Below, in pieces: positions 50,404 through 64,000 of a stretch of DNA of 64,000 bases; position 1 is the stretch's first letter; each line of letters opens with the position of its first letter. Below the pieces are notes generated by a model, which had not been told where the DNA came from, did not search any database, and saw only the letters and a program-made list of their open reading frames with translations. The position numbers and the translations under genes are program-made. This stretch comes from Eledone cirrhosa (Eukaryota), in contig OZ024758.1 of assembly GCA_964016885.1 (NCBI GenBank), positions 31,682,001 to 31,746,000 on the forward strand. The letters run 5' to 3'.

Positions 50404-52970
50404 TTGGCACCAACACTACTGCCTTACAGTGTGAACAGCTTGCTTTCTGTTATGGCACCAACATTACTGCCTTACAGTGTGGACAGCTTGCTTTCTGTTG
50501 TGGCACCAACACTACTGGCTTATAGTGTGGACAGCTTGCTTTCTGTTGTGGCACCAACACTACTGGCTTATAGTGTGGACAGCTTGCTTTCTGTTATGGC
50601 ACCAACACTACTGCCTTACAGTGTGGACAGCTTGCTTTCTGTTGTGGCACCAACACTACTGCCTTACAGTGTGGACAGCTTGCTTTCTGTTGTGGCACCA
50701 AAACTACTGCCTTACAGTGTGGACAGCTTGCTTTCTGTTGTGGCACCAACACTACTGCCTTACAGTGTGGACAGCTTGCTTTCTGTTATGGCACCAACAC
50801 TACTGGCTTATAGTGTGGACAGCTTGCTTTCTGTTATGGCACCAACACTACTGCCTTACAGTGTGGACAGCTTGCTTTCTGTTGTGGCACCAACACTACT
50901 GGCTTACAGTGTGGACAGCTTGCTTTCTGTTGTGGCACCAACACTACTGCCTTACAGTGTGGACAGCTTGCTTTCTGTTGTGGCACCAACACTACTGCCT
51001 TACAGTGTGGACAGCTTGCTTTCTGTTGTGGCACCAACACTACTGCCTTACAGTGTGGACAGCTTGCTTTCTGTTGTGGCACCAACACTACTGCCTTACA
51101 GTGTGGACAGCTTGCTTTCTGTTATGGCACCAACACTACTGGCTTACAGTGTGGACAGCTTACTTTCTGTTGTGGCACCAACACTACTGCCTTACAGTGT
51201 GGACAGCTTGCTTTCTGTTATGGCACCAACACTACTGGCTTACAGTGTGGACAGCTTGCTTTCTGTTGTGGCACCAACACTACTGGCTTATAGTGTGGAC
51301 AGCTTGCTTTCTGTTGTGGCACCAACACTACTGGCTTATAGTGTGGACAGCTTGCTTTCTGTTGTGGCACCAACACTACTGCCTTACAGTGTGGACAGCT
51401 TGCTTTCTGTTGTGGCACCAACACTACTGCCTTACAGTGTGGACAGCTTGCTTTCTGTTGTGGCACCAACACTACTGCCTTACAGTGTGGACAGCTTGCT
51501 TTCTGTTATGGCACCAACACTACTGGCTTACAGTGTGGACAGCTTACTTTCTGTTGTGGCACCAACACTACTGCCTTACAGTGTGGACAGCTTGCTTTCT
51601 GTTATGGCACCAACACTACTGGCTTACAGTGTGGACAGCTTGCTTTCTGTTGTGGCACCAACACTACTGGCTTATAGTGTGGACAGCTTGCTTTCTGTTG
51701 TGGCACCAACACTACTGGCTTATAGTGTGGACAGCTTGCTTTCTGTTGTGGCACCAACACTACTGCCTTACAGTGTGGACAGCTTGCTTTCTGTTGTGGC
51801 ACCAACACTACTGCCTTACAGTGTGGACAGCTTGCTTTCTGTTATGGCACCAACACTACTGGCTTACAGTGTGGACAGCTTACTTTCTGTTGTGGCACCA
51901 ACACTACTGGCTTATAGTGTGGACAGCTTGCTCTCTGTTGTGGCACCAACACTACTGCCTTACAGTGTGGACAGCTTGCTTTCTGTTGTGGCACCAACAC
52001 TACTGGCTTACAGTGTGGACAGCTTGCTTTCTGTTATGGCACCAACACTACTGGCTTATAGTGTGGACAGCTTGCTCTCTGTTGTGGCACCAACACTACT
52101 GGCTTACAGTGTGGACAGCTTGCTCTCTGTTGTGGCACCAACACTACTGCCTTACAGTGTGGACAGCTTGCTTTCTGTTGTGGCACCAACACTACTGGCT
52201 TACAGTGTGGACAGCTTACTTTCTGTTGTGGCACCAACACTACTGGCTTACAGTGTGGACAGCTTACTTTCTGTTGTGGCACCAACACTACTGCCTTACA
52301 GTGTGGACAGCTTGCTTTCTGTTGTGGCACCAACACTACTGGCTTACAGTGTGGACAGCTTACTTTCTGTTGTGGCACCAACACTACTGCCTTACAGTGT
52401 GGACAGCTTGCTTTCTGTTGTGGCACCAACACTACTGCCTTACAGTGTGGACAGCTTGCTTTCTGTTGTGGCACCAACACTACTGGCTTACAGTGTGGAC
52501 AGCTTGCTCTCTGTTGTGGCACCAACACTACTGCCTTACAGTGTGGACAGCTTGCTTTCTGTTGTGGCACCAACACTACTGCCTTACAGTGTGGACAGCT
52601 TGCTCTCTGTTGTGGCACCAACACTACTGCCTTACAGTGTGGACAGCTTGCTTTCTGTTGTGGCACCAACACTCCTGGCTTATAGTGTGGACAGCTTGCT
52701 TTCTGTTGTGGCACCAACACTACTGCCTTACAGTGTGGACAGCTTGCTTTCTGTTGTGGCACCAACACTACTGCCTTACAGTGTGGACAGCTTACTTTCT
52801 GTTGTGGCACCAACACTACTGCCTTACAGTGTGGACAGCTTGCTCTCTGTTGTGGCACCAACACTACTGCCTTACAGTGTGGACAGATTGCTTTCTGTTA
52901 TGGTACCAACACTACTGCCTTATAGTGTGGACAGCTTGCTCTCTGTTGTGGCACCAACACTACTGCCTTA
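50404..52970. repeat. 48-bp minisatellite, about 53 copies, in UBA2 intron 1
   Basis: Unit tggcaccaacactactg(c/g)ctta(c/t)agtgtggacagcttgctttctgttg. Confidence 0.97.
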
Positions 52971-53350
52971 GAGTTTACAAAATATCTTTTTCATTGTACT
53001 TTGTATTTTCTCCTGTTTGTGAATATTTCATAAAACATACTGGTATGTCTTTTACTGCCTAGACCTTGTGAACCAAAGATGCATTGACACGTTTTTGTGT
53101 AGTTAGTGAAGCACAGGTCAACACAAAGTAAATATACTAAATTTGATTAAAATACTATTTCATATATATGGGGGGGGGGGTTCAAAATTTAGCATGCAAT
53201 CTCAGTCTGGTACAGTAAAATGGCAAAAACAGAACTGGCACTCAAAGAGTTGAGAATTAGTTAATCCCATGTAACAAGTGAGATGTAAAATGTATGATTT
53301 CAATGCTCTCTTGACATATTTAACAAAATGAATATAATTAACTGTTGTAG

Positions 53351-53434
53351 ATTGATTTGGATACCATTGATATCAGCAACCTGAACCGCCAGTTCCTTTT
53401 CCACAAAGAACATGTTGGGAAATCCAAGGCTGAA
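53351..53434 (+). CDS. UBA2: UBA2 coding exon 2
   Basis: [28 protein letters not shown]; tag/gtaagt. Confidence 0.95.
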
Positions 53435-55355
53435 GTAAGTATATATATATTGAATTAATTTCTTTACTTGTGATATCACAACGCATTTCTACAGCAGAGT
53501 AAACTGGAGCAACATAAAATACAGTGTCTTGCTCAAGGACATAATGCATCACCCGGTCTGAGAATTGAATTCACAACCTCCCAATTGCATGTCCAACGCT
53601 CAAACCACTGAGCCATGTGCCTTCATTATTATATATTGCTAGATATTTTGATTACCTTATTGTTTAACCCTTTTGTTACTAACCTACCCCAAACTGACCC
53701 TAGTTCTAAAATCTTCCACTATAATTCGATATAAAAACCTTAAAATGGTATTTGTACCATTTTTTTAGCATTTTTTCTAAGGCTGGATACCCCTCCTGAC
53801 ACCAACCATTTTAGAAAGTGTACTCGGTACATTTTACCATGTCACTGGCACTAAGGTGTTTGTCTGGTTGTTGATTGAGGAGACTTCTTTAGTGTTGTTT
53901 CCAGTTGAATGTAATCCAGTTCAAGTAGAGTAGTATGTGCCTTTTATGTGTGATGTCAACTACAGTAAAGTGCATACCTTGTTCCAACATGAATGTGTTA
54001 AAGTGAGAATACAAGTTTTTGAGGGTTGGTTGAAAAGTTCATGGAATGACCAAATGAGGTTTATTTTTCAACATAGTCCCTGGAAAGAAACAATGCAGTT
54101 ATTAACAAGAAGAGTTAAAATTAATGCAAACAAGATTTCACAGTTCTAGCACTTTCAGCCCACCCTAGTATGTGGGGGTGTAAGATGGAACAGAGGTATA
54201 TGACAAGAAGTAGGTGAAACTGATAAGAAAAACACTAAAGATTGATGATGGAATGGGCCAAATATAGGAAATATTTGGAGATAACTGTTCCTAAATGGCT
54301 TTTACAAGAGAGCTTGTTATAAAATACATGCTCTACAAAATTGAAGAGCTGTTTGTTAAGCTGTTATAAATTACCACAACTACAACTATAGCAGTTGGCA
54401 GCCTTCATATCATTGTCAATGTTTAACCCTTTAGCATTTAAACCAGCCATATCCAGCCAGAATTTTCTCACCTCTTTCTGTTCAAACCAGCTGCTCATAC
54501 TGATGTTAAGGTGTTGTTCTCAAAATAAATAATATCAAGCTCTTATAGATTCAATATTATGTGAGGTAAAGCCTTTACCATGAAAATATGTAAATGCTAA
54601 AGTGTTAATGTCCATTTTACCACGCTAGCATGGGTTAAATGAGTTGTGAAATAAGCCAGATTAGATGACCGTGTCGTGCTCATCCAGAACTGATTTTGGC
54701 TTGGTTTCTAATGCCTTCCCTAATGCCAATCACATTTACATTTACAATTGTACAAAATGTGGCAAGATGGTAGTAAAGACCTGTCCAACCCATATACACA
54801 CAAAAAGCAAATGTAAACATGGTGACACTGATATCTGGCCAGGTTATACAAGCATGGATATATAATGACAGCACTGAATTATATTTTCTTTACAAATTTC
54901 ATTTGAAAATGTTTATCCTTACATCTTTCATTGTAATTTTATTTTAGAAATTTTTCTTAAGTAATGTTTAAAATATCTGCTTACTAATGAAAATCTAAAT
55001 TTTGGATTATTTTTCAAAATTAATTGAACACATAGGCAATGTATTTCATTAGAAATATATTTTTTGTTTGTTTTTTATATACTGGTTCAGTCCTGATCCA
55101 ACTGATCTGTGATCAAAGTTGCTACAGTTGTGACCATTTTGTGTTTTTTTATGTATAAGATTTCTTGTAAATTACATATAAAATAAGAGGAACTTTCTAT
55201 TTTAAAAAAAAAAGATACTATTATTAAAAGGATTAATACTTTTTTCGCATTTCTTAACCAATACTAACAGTATATACTTGACCATAAGCCAAGGGATATA
55301 TGATTAAAAAAAAATCCATGGTAAAATGGGTTGTCTTATATATGCCATCTAAAGC

Positions 55356-55556
55356 AGGCATGTCAAACTGAGGGGCACCCGAGGGCCATATGGATCACAT
55401 GTGTTGTCTGAGGGCCACACATGACAACTAATTGTGCATATTACAACTAATTTTTTAAATTTTATATTACGTTTATAAAACATGCTCGTGCTGTAAAAAC
55501 CTTTGTGTGTGCTGCAGGTGTGCCTGTAAAGGGCCGCGGGTCGCATGTTTGACAAT
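55356..55556. mobile_element. hAT-type MITE
   Basis: caggcatgtcaaac ... gtttgaca with ggccc/gggcc subterminal motifs. Confidence 0.55.
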
Positions 55557-55954
55557 GTGTTGATTAGCTGTCAAAGCTTGTATTCGAGTATATACAATAT
55601 GAAGGAGTCTATCTGGTCACTCAACCTGCTAGAAATAGCAACACCAAGTCACCCGCAAATCACATTTTACCATGTGGGAAAAACTGATGGGGGAAGGATG
55701 TAGGGATCGAACTTTGATAGTTTCTTAGATATTTTCCAGTATATCCTTCCCAGTTTTTAAAGAAGTTTGTGATTTGAGATTTCACTGTTATTTTTTGCAG
55801 GTCAAGTGATTACATAGATTCACTTATATTGGTGGTTGTTTCCAGCCAGAATTCTCTCACCTCTTTCTGTTCAAACTGGCTGTAACCAGCTACTCATACT
55901 GATGTTAAGGTATTGTTCTCAAAATAAATATCAAAATCTCAAATTTGATATTAT

Positions 55955-56825
55955 GTGAGAATACAATAGTATATATAGAGTAATGTAAATGTTATGTGAG
56001 ATATTATGTGAGGTAAAGCCTTCACTGTGAAAATACAATAGTATATATAGAGTAATGTAAATGTTATGTGAGATATTATGTGAGGTAAAGCCTTCACTGT
56101 GAAAATACAATAGTATATATAGAGTAATGTAAATGTTATGTGAGGTAAAGCCTTCACTGTGAAAATACAATAGTATATATAGAGTAATGTAAATGTTATG
56201 TGAGATATTATGTGAGATAAAGCCTTCACTGTGAAAATACAGTAGTATATATAGAGTAATGTAAATGTTATGTGAGGTAAAGCCTTCACTGTGAAAATAC
56301 AGTAGTATATATAGAGTAATGTAAATGTTATGTGAGATAAAGCCTTCACTGTGAAAATACAATAGTATATATAGAGTAATGTAAATGTTATGTGAAATAA
56401 AGCCTTCACTGTGAAAATACAATAGTATATATAGAGTAATGTAAATGTTATGTGAGATATGTGAGGTAAAGCCTTCACTGTGAAAATACAATAGTATATA
56501 TAGGGTAATGTAAATGTTATGTGAGATAAAGCCTTCACTGTGAAAATACAGTAGTATATATAGAGTAATGTAAATGTTATGTGAGATAAAGCCTTCACTG
56601 TGAAAATACAGTAGTATATATAGAGTAATGTAAATGTTATGTGAGATAAAGCCTTCACTGTGAAAATACAATAGTATATATAGAGTAATGTAAATGTTAT
56701 GTGAAATAAAGCCTTCACTGTGAAAATACAATAGTATATATAGAGTAATGTAAATGTTATGTGAGATATGTGAGGTAAAGCCTTCACTGTGAAAATACAA
56801 TAGTATATATAGGGTAATGTAAATG
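55955..56825. repeat. 60-72-bp minisatellite inside a piggyBac-type MITE
   Basis: Unit aaagccttcactgtgaaaatacaatagtatatatagagtaatgtaaatgttatgtgag(g/a)t; the array ends in the MITE TIR taaatgctaaagggttaa. Confidence 0.93.
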
Positions 56826-56926
56826 CTAAAGGGTTAAAATAGAATCCTTTTAATAGAACCAATATAATGTTGGATATTAAGTTTTATCTAAAGGTAATTT
56901 TAATAAAATTCACTTTAATCCATCAG

Positions 56927-56997
56927 GTAGCAAAAGACAGTGTGATTCGTTTTAATCCAGATGCTAAGATTGTGGCTTATCATGACAGTGTAACCAG
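56927..56997 (+). CDS. UBA2: UBA2 coding exon 3; gene continues beyond the window
   Basis: VAKDSVIRFNPDAKIVAYHDSVT; cag/gtaatt. Confidence 0.92.
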
Positions 56998-57499
56998 GTA
57001 ATTATTTAATTTTATTATTTATATCAGAAGTTCTCAAACTTATTGGGTCACACACTCCCCCTCAGCACCCCACCCCAACCCTATTTCCAGAGAGACCTGC
57101 CTACACGCAAATTGTAAATAATATATCTATATATATAAAGTTGTATTCCTACCTGTTTGTTCACGAACACATCCTATGGTTTTGGAGATAGACCCCCATA
57201 ACCATATATATTCTGAAACTACATTGGCCAGGGTACTTGGATAAGTATATTTCATTTTAATCAAAGGCTTCCCTTGGGGTCAAACCTCCGCTGAAAACTT
57301 TTTCCCTTCGATTTATATGACAAGATATGATGCCTATTCACAAAAGCTTTGAATTGATATTTTGAAAAAATTATTTACAAGAAACAAAATAAGAATAAGA
57401 TTTAATAATGTAATTTTGATTTGATACATTACAAAAAATGTTTTCCAATTTTTCATGCATTACATTTTACATTGAGTAAACACCTTGCTTCCCTGGGCA

Positions 57500-57740
57500 T
57501 GGATTCATTGAAGCTCCAACGTCTGGCAATGGACTTGGTAAACACCCACAAAGTTATCAACCCTGAGCACCTTTTTGATCTGTGTGTCTAACACACGTGG
57601 ACATGCCTACAAAGTCAGAAAACAGCACAGCTCCCATGACTTTTGGAAACATTTTTTCACGCTAGAGTTGCTGAAGCATGAAACAAACTGCCTGCATCGG
57701 TTGTTAGCTGCCGAGACACTGCATCCTTTAAAACCTCCAT
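57500..57740 (+). mobile_element. CR1/L2-type LINE 3' end
   Basis: NTRGHAYKVRKQHS..FF..RV...WNKL; typical CR1-group ORF2 C-terminus. Confidence 0.65.
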
Positions 57741-58102
57741 GGAACAAACTGTCTGCGTCAGTTGTTAGCTACCGAGACACTGCATCCTTTAAAACCTCCA
57801 TGGAACAAACTGCCTGCATCGGTTGTTAGCTGTCGAGACACTGCATCCTTTAAAACCTCCATGGAACAAACTGCCTGCATCGGTTGTTATCTGCCGAGAC
57901 ACTGCATCCTTTAAAACCTCCATGGAACAAACTGCCTGCATCGGTTGTTAGCTGTCGAGACACTGCATCCTTTAAAACCTCCATGGAACAAACTGCCTGC
58001 ATCAGTTTTTAGCTGCCGAGACACTGCATCCTTTAAAACCTCCATGGAACAAGCTGTCTGCGTCAGTTGTTAGCTGCCGAGACACTACATCCTTTAAAAC
58101 CC
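57680..58102. repeat. 60-bp tandem repeat, about 7 copies
   Basis: Unit catggaacaaactgcctgcatcggttgttagctgccgagacactgcatcctttaaaacctc. Confidence 0.93.
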
Positions 58103-60069
58103 TCATGCTTTCCGAAATTCGCCAAAACTACAGAAATCTGCTGTGTTCAGACTAAGAAATCTGCTGTGTTCAGACCTGGAGAGAGATGGGCTCAGCCAGG
58201 CTTAAGATGCCCAAGAAATGCTGTTGAAGTATGTCAATATGGCACCCCAATGATTCCCTCAGGAATTACGGGACCATACCTTACTAGTTCACCCAAAACT
58301 GCCTCTGTTTCTATGAAACAAATTCACCCATTTCAAAGAATTCCTATTTAGATTAATATTTTCCATCATAATTGCATTATATGAATCTTTTGTTCCGTTA
58401 CAAATGCCATCTCAATAATGAAATAATTTACTAAATTAATTAAAATGCAGTGTATTTCATTAGAAATATTACAAAAGTATAACATTATGGAATGTAATTT
58501 GACAGTGTCTATTATGAAATCTTTGCTGATATTCTTTAAACCTTTTCATACTAAACTACCTGACAACATGGCTATTTTAAAATGTTCATATTTATCTAAA
58601 AACCTTATATCAAAATTTTATGTAAGAATCTTTGTTTTGCTCCAAACATAATTGTTTCTATTTTTGGCATAAGGCCAGCAATTATCCCAGTGCATTACTT
58701 GTACTTTATTCTATCGACCCCGTAAGGATGAAAGACAAAGTTAACCTCGGTGGGATTTGAACTCAGACCATAAAGTTTTGCTCCAAACATAATAATATTG
58801 AAATTCTTGAAAAAAATTGAACTCAACGCTAGAACAGCTGTTAAATGTCCTGAGACATTTTTACTCTTTGCTGTCTTTGACAGCATTTGGCAATCTCTGT
58901 CTTGAGGCATTTTTGCCCATCACTGTCTTTGACAGCATTTGGCAACATTTTTCTACGAATTTTAATATGCTCTTGCCTCATCGCAACAAGAGACATTAAT
59001 GTTTATTAATAATAATAATAATAATGAGAAAATGAGTTATATTATTAATTCCTTGAATATTTTAATTTGAAATATAGTAACGAAAGGCTTAATTATTTTC
59101 TCCTTTGGTGTTCTATGTTGTTTGTGAACTATGCCATATCTCTCAGATACTGGGAGATATGGGGATTCAATTTCTCACAGCAGCCAATGGCAACTTCTTT
59201 TTCCATCTTTTCAGGATCTTCACTCTATTTATAACATGAGCACATTCTTTATATTCTCAGTGCTTAAAAAAAGTCTGAGATCGGCTACGTATACAATTTA
59301 TAGTATTTAAATTTTGTTAGTAGGAAGATGTCAAGACTTCTTTAGCATTTTATTTATGTATTACACTGTAAAGTTATGTTGGTATAAAAAAAAGGCATCC
59401 AGCCTCCACTGTGAAGTGGTTGTGTAGGTGTCGTGAAAGAAAGCTCACACTGTAAAGTGGTCGTTTAGGAGTCGCGACTAAAAGCACCCAGTACTCACTG
59501 TAAAGTGGTCGTGTAGATGTCATGACTAAAAGCACCCAGCCCACACTGTAAATGTGGTTGGCATTAGGAAAGGCATCCAGCTGTATAAATCTAGCCAGAA
59601 ACAGGTTCTATATGAGCAAGATACGGTCACTGGACTCAACTTGCCTCAAATGGGACAACCTGTCTAACCCATGCTAGCGTGGAAAGTGAACATTAAACGA
59701 TGATAACAAAAAAACTGTTAGTGTTTGACTTGTGTTAAATTCAGAGAATTGCTGATATGTGTGTGAGAAATGTTGAAATCAATCACTTTGTCTTTAAAAA
59801 GAGGTCATCAATATGGGGTTGATCAGATTTGTATACTTACTGATTTAGCTTCAGTGGTTCCTGTTAGCTGTGAAAGCAACATGCTGGACTGGTTTTGTAT
59901 TGAGCTGTTAACGAAGTGTGAAAACTGCTGGCTTTGGTCATGTTATTTTAGATTGATCTCTATACATCGTGGAGTTCCCAAATCTGTTTTGATATATGGT
60001 GTAAGTTTCTTTCAATAGGTTGATGTATTTTTTGTTAATTGAGGTATTGTTTAAGAGTTGCCACAAGCT

Positions 60070-60900
60070 AGGTAGTTTCACGTTGTTTCAGGAAATGAGG
60101 CTTAAAGGTCTGACTTCACTCATGCTGCAATGATACTCATGAAAAGCTTGTAAACGTGACTCAGTAGGCTGATAGGACGATAGTTCCCACAATCAAGTCT
60201 GCTACCTTTTTTGTAGAGTACAACTATCAATACTTTCTTGAACATGTCTGGGCTTTTTCCTGTTGTGATAATACAGTTAAAGAGATGTTGAAGTGCTTTG
60301 ATGAATTCTGAGTATATGGGCTTTTTCTTCGGTTCAAGTCTTTGATGGCATGAGATATCTCACTAGCTAAGATGATGGAATGGCATCTGATGTTGAATCA
60401 TGAATGGTTGTTGGTTCTGAGTTGCTGAAGTACAGTTCTTCATAGAATTTAACCCAGCGTTCAAGGATATCATCTTTGGCAGTAAGGATAGTATTGTTTG
60501 AATTTTTAATGCCCCAACTAAGATTTCTTGGTTTAGTCTTTAGTTTCTTCAGAACAGTGTGATATAACCTGTTGGGTGGTAGGTTATTCAGCTCCTCAAT
60601 GTTGTTGTACATTTGCTTAAGTTTGTCTGATTTAACGAGTTTTTTGGATTCAGTCTTTGCTATTCTATATTGGGATGATGTGTGGCCACATTCTCTTCTG
60701 ATTCTATGTTTTTCAGATATTGCTTTGTTTGTTTGTTGTGACATTCACTGTGGGATGGAAAGGCTTTTCTTAGGTAAAATCTCTTCAGATACCTCTTTTA
60801 TGCCTCTGCAGATAGTATCATAAATCTTGTTGGGGCCTTCATCAGATTGTAAAACTGAAAAGCGGTTTTGCAACTCGAGTTTGAATTGGCTTGCTGTTTT
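60070..60900 (-). mobile_element. RTE-like LINE fragment (linker to start of RT)
   Basis: ILERWVKFYEELY; downstream LYKKG..DCGNYRPISLLSHVYKLF. Confidence 0.8.
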
Positions 60901-60904
60901 GAAG

Positions 60905-61310
60905 GCTAAGATCTTCGATACTTACATCCTACTAGTTGTGTCTTGATTGTGTTAATTGAATGACAAGGTCACTTCAGAAGCTCTTTACACTCCAGAACTT
61001 CATCATGAGACTTGCAAGCTGCTCAGCATCACCAGGCTTAGACCAATCACATCAGTTGTCAAGTCAAGAGTGCTTAAACTGTACGGTGATATCAAAAGAT
61101 CAACTTGTGGTGTGAATAAGTTATGCCTGGAAGTCAAGTTGGCTAAGAGAAGCCGAGGTCGGCAGCCAAAACGATGGCTTGACAATGTCAACTTATGGAC
61201 TGGACTTGACCTTTGCTCTTTAAACACTGTTGGTGATCAAACTTTGTGTAGAGAGATATCACATGTTGATGTACAGCCTGCAACTGGTGGAGTTTAGAGA
61301 CTGGATATAT
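60905..61310 (+). mobile_element. RTE-like LINE C-terminal fragment
   Basis: SRVLKLYGDIKR...KRSRGRQPKRWLDNV. Confidence 0.72.
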
Positions 61311-61424
61311 AGTTTAGATTGAAACTGATTACCTGTTACATTGTAGGTTGGAAATATTGTATACTATGTTAGAGACTGATAGTAGGAAACCTGGGATTAG
61401 AGAAAGGGAGATATTTACATATAT

Positions 61425-64000
61425 ATATATATATATAACATACTGTATATAACATACTGTATATATAACATACTGTATATAACATACTGTATACAACATA
61501 CTGTATACAACATACTGTATATATAACATACTGTATATACAACATACTGTATATATAACATACTGTGTATATACAACATACTGTATATATAACATACTGT
61601 ATATATAACATACTGTATACAACATACTGTATATGTAACATACTGTATACAACATACTATATACAACATACTGTATACAACATACTGTATATAACATACT
61701 GTATATACAACATACTGTATATACAACATACTGTATATAACATACTGTATATATAACATACTGTATATACAACATACTGTATATACAACATACTGTATAC
61801 AACATACTGTATATACAACATACTGTATATACAACATACTGTATACAACATACTGTATACAACATACTGTATACAACATACTGTATATACAACATACTGT
61901 ATATACAACATACTGTATATAACATACTGTATACAACATACTGTATATATAACATACTATATACAACATACTGTATATATAACATACTATATACAACATA
62001 CTGTATATATAACATGTTATATACAACATACTGTATATAACATACTGTATATACAACATACTGTATATACAACATACTGTATACAACATACTGTATACAA
62101 CATACTGTATATACAACATACTGTATATACAATATACTGTATATAACATACTGTATATAACATACTGTATATACAATATACTGTATATAACATACTGTAT
62201 ATAACATACTGTATATACAACATACTGTATATACAACATACTGTATACAACATACTGTATATACAACATACTGTATATACAACATACTGTATATACAACA
62301 TACTGTATACAACATACTGTATATACAACATACTGTATATAGAACATACTGTATATACAACATACTGTATATACAACATACTGTATATACAACATACTGT
62401 ATACAACATACTGTATACAACATACTGTATATACAACATACTGTATATACAACATACTGTATATACAACATACTGTATATACAACATACTATATACAACA
62501 TACTCTATACAACACTTTATATACAACATACTGTATACAACATACTGTATATACAACATACTGTATATACAACATACTGTATATACAACATACTGTATAT
62601 ACAACATACTGTATATATAACATACTGTATGTAACATACTATACATATACAACAAACTGTATATAACATACTATATACAACATACTGTATATACAACATA
62701 CTGTATATATAACATACTGTATAAAACACTTTATATACAACATACTGTATATAACATACTGTATATAACATACTGTATATACAACATACTGTATATAACA
62801 TACTGTATATACAACATACTGTATACAACATACTGTATATACAACATACTATATATACAACATACTATATATACAACATACTGTATATAACATACTATAT
62901 ACAACATACTCTATACAACACTTTATATACAACATACTGTATATAACATACTGTATACAACATACTGTATATACAACATACTGTATATACAACATACTGT
63001 ATATACAACATACTGTATATACAACATACTGTATATACAACATACTGTATATACAACATACTGTATATACAACATACTGTATATAACATACTGTATATAC
63101 AACATACTGTATATACAACATATTGAATATATAACATACTGTATACAACACTTTATATACAACATACTGTATATAACATACTGTATACAACATACTGTAT
63201 ATAACATACTGTATATACAACATACTGTATACAACATACGGTATATATAACATACTGTATATATAACATACTGTATATATAACATACTGTATATAACATA
63301 CTGTATACAACATACTGTATATAACATACTGTATGTAACATACTATATATACAACATACTGTATATACAACATATATATATAACATACTGTATATACAAC
63401 ATACTGTATATAACATACTATATATATAACATACTATATATATAACATACTATATATATAACATACTATATATATAACATACTATATACAACATACTGTA
63501 TATATAACATACTATATACAACATACTGTATATATAACATACTATATATAACATACTGTATATATAACATACGATATACAACATACTGTATATATAACAT
63601 ACGATATACAACATACTGTATATATAACATACGATATACAACATACTGTATATATAACATACGATATACAACATACTGTATATATAACATACTATATACA
63701 ACATACTGTATATATAACATACTATATACAACATACTGTATATATAACATACGATATACAACATACTGTATATACAACATACTGTATATATAACATACTA
63801 TATACAACATACTGTATATACAACATACTGTATATATAACATACTATATACAACATACTGTATATATAACATACTATATACAACATACTGTGTATATAAC
63901 ATACTATATATATAACATACTATATACAACATACTGTATATATAACATACGATATACAACATACTGTATATATAACATACTATATACAACATACTGTATA
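61425..64000. repeat. 13-17-bp AT-rich minisatellite running off the right edge
   Basis: Unit aacatactgtat(at)(at)ac. Confidence 0.97.

Noticed and set aside
50356-53062. 871-aa and 861-aa ORFs and CxxC-repeat ORFs
   Set aside because: Translations of a 48-bp satellite derived from an RTE 3'UTR.
57125-57480. Possible Helitron 5' end (TCTATATATATAAAG...)
   Set aside because: No matching hairpin-CTAG 3' end found, so it is not reported as a feature.
61329-63992. Numerous YSMLYIQYVV ORFs
   Set aside because: Low-complexity minisatellite translations.

Overview
AT-rich, repeat-dense eukaryotic genomic DNA, most likely a cephalopod (octopus-like SINE and RTE-LINE landscape; this is inference). 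Three spliced genes can be reconstructed by hand from GT-AG exons. (1) DUSP12/YVH1-like phosphatase, minus strand, 4 exons from 20198 down to 587, continuing off the left edge. (2) A complete HAUS4 (augmin subunit 4), minus strand, 9 coding exons 40853-27670, about 343 aa. (3) UBA2/SAE2, plus strand, first 3 exons from 41950, head-to-head with HAUS4. Almost all long ORFs in the supplied track are tandem-repeat artefacts. Introns and intergenic DNA carry tRNA-derived SINEs, RTE, CRE and CR1/L2 LINE fragments, a decayed Penelope-like element, piggyBac-, mariner- and hAT-type MITEs, a probable Helitron, and several minisatellites, some clearly born from transposons. The most striking signal is a set of short (200-450 bp), non-coding fold-back elements sitting in (TA)n tracts. 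Their inverted arms carry complete type I hammerhead ribozymes (CUGANGA...GAAA...UA, stems I-III supported by compensatory changes). They belong to several related families, are clustered in DUSP12 intron 1 and UBA2 intron 1, and look like non-autonomous Penelope-type, retrozyme-like retroelements.
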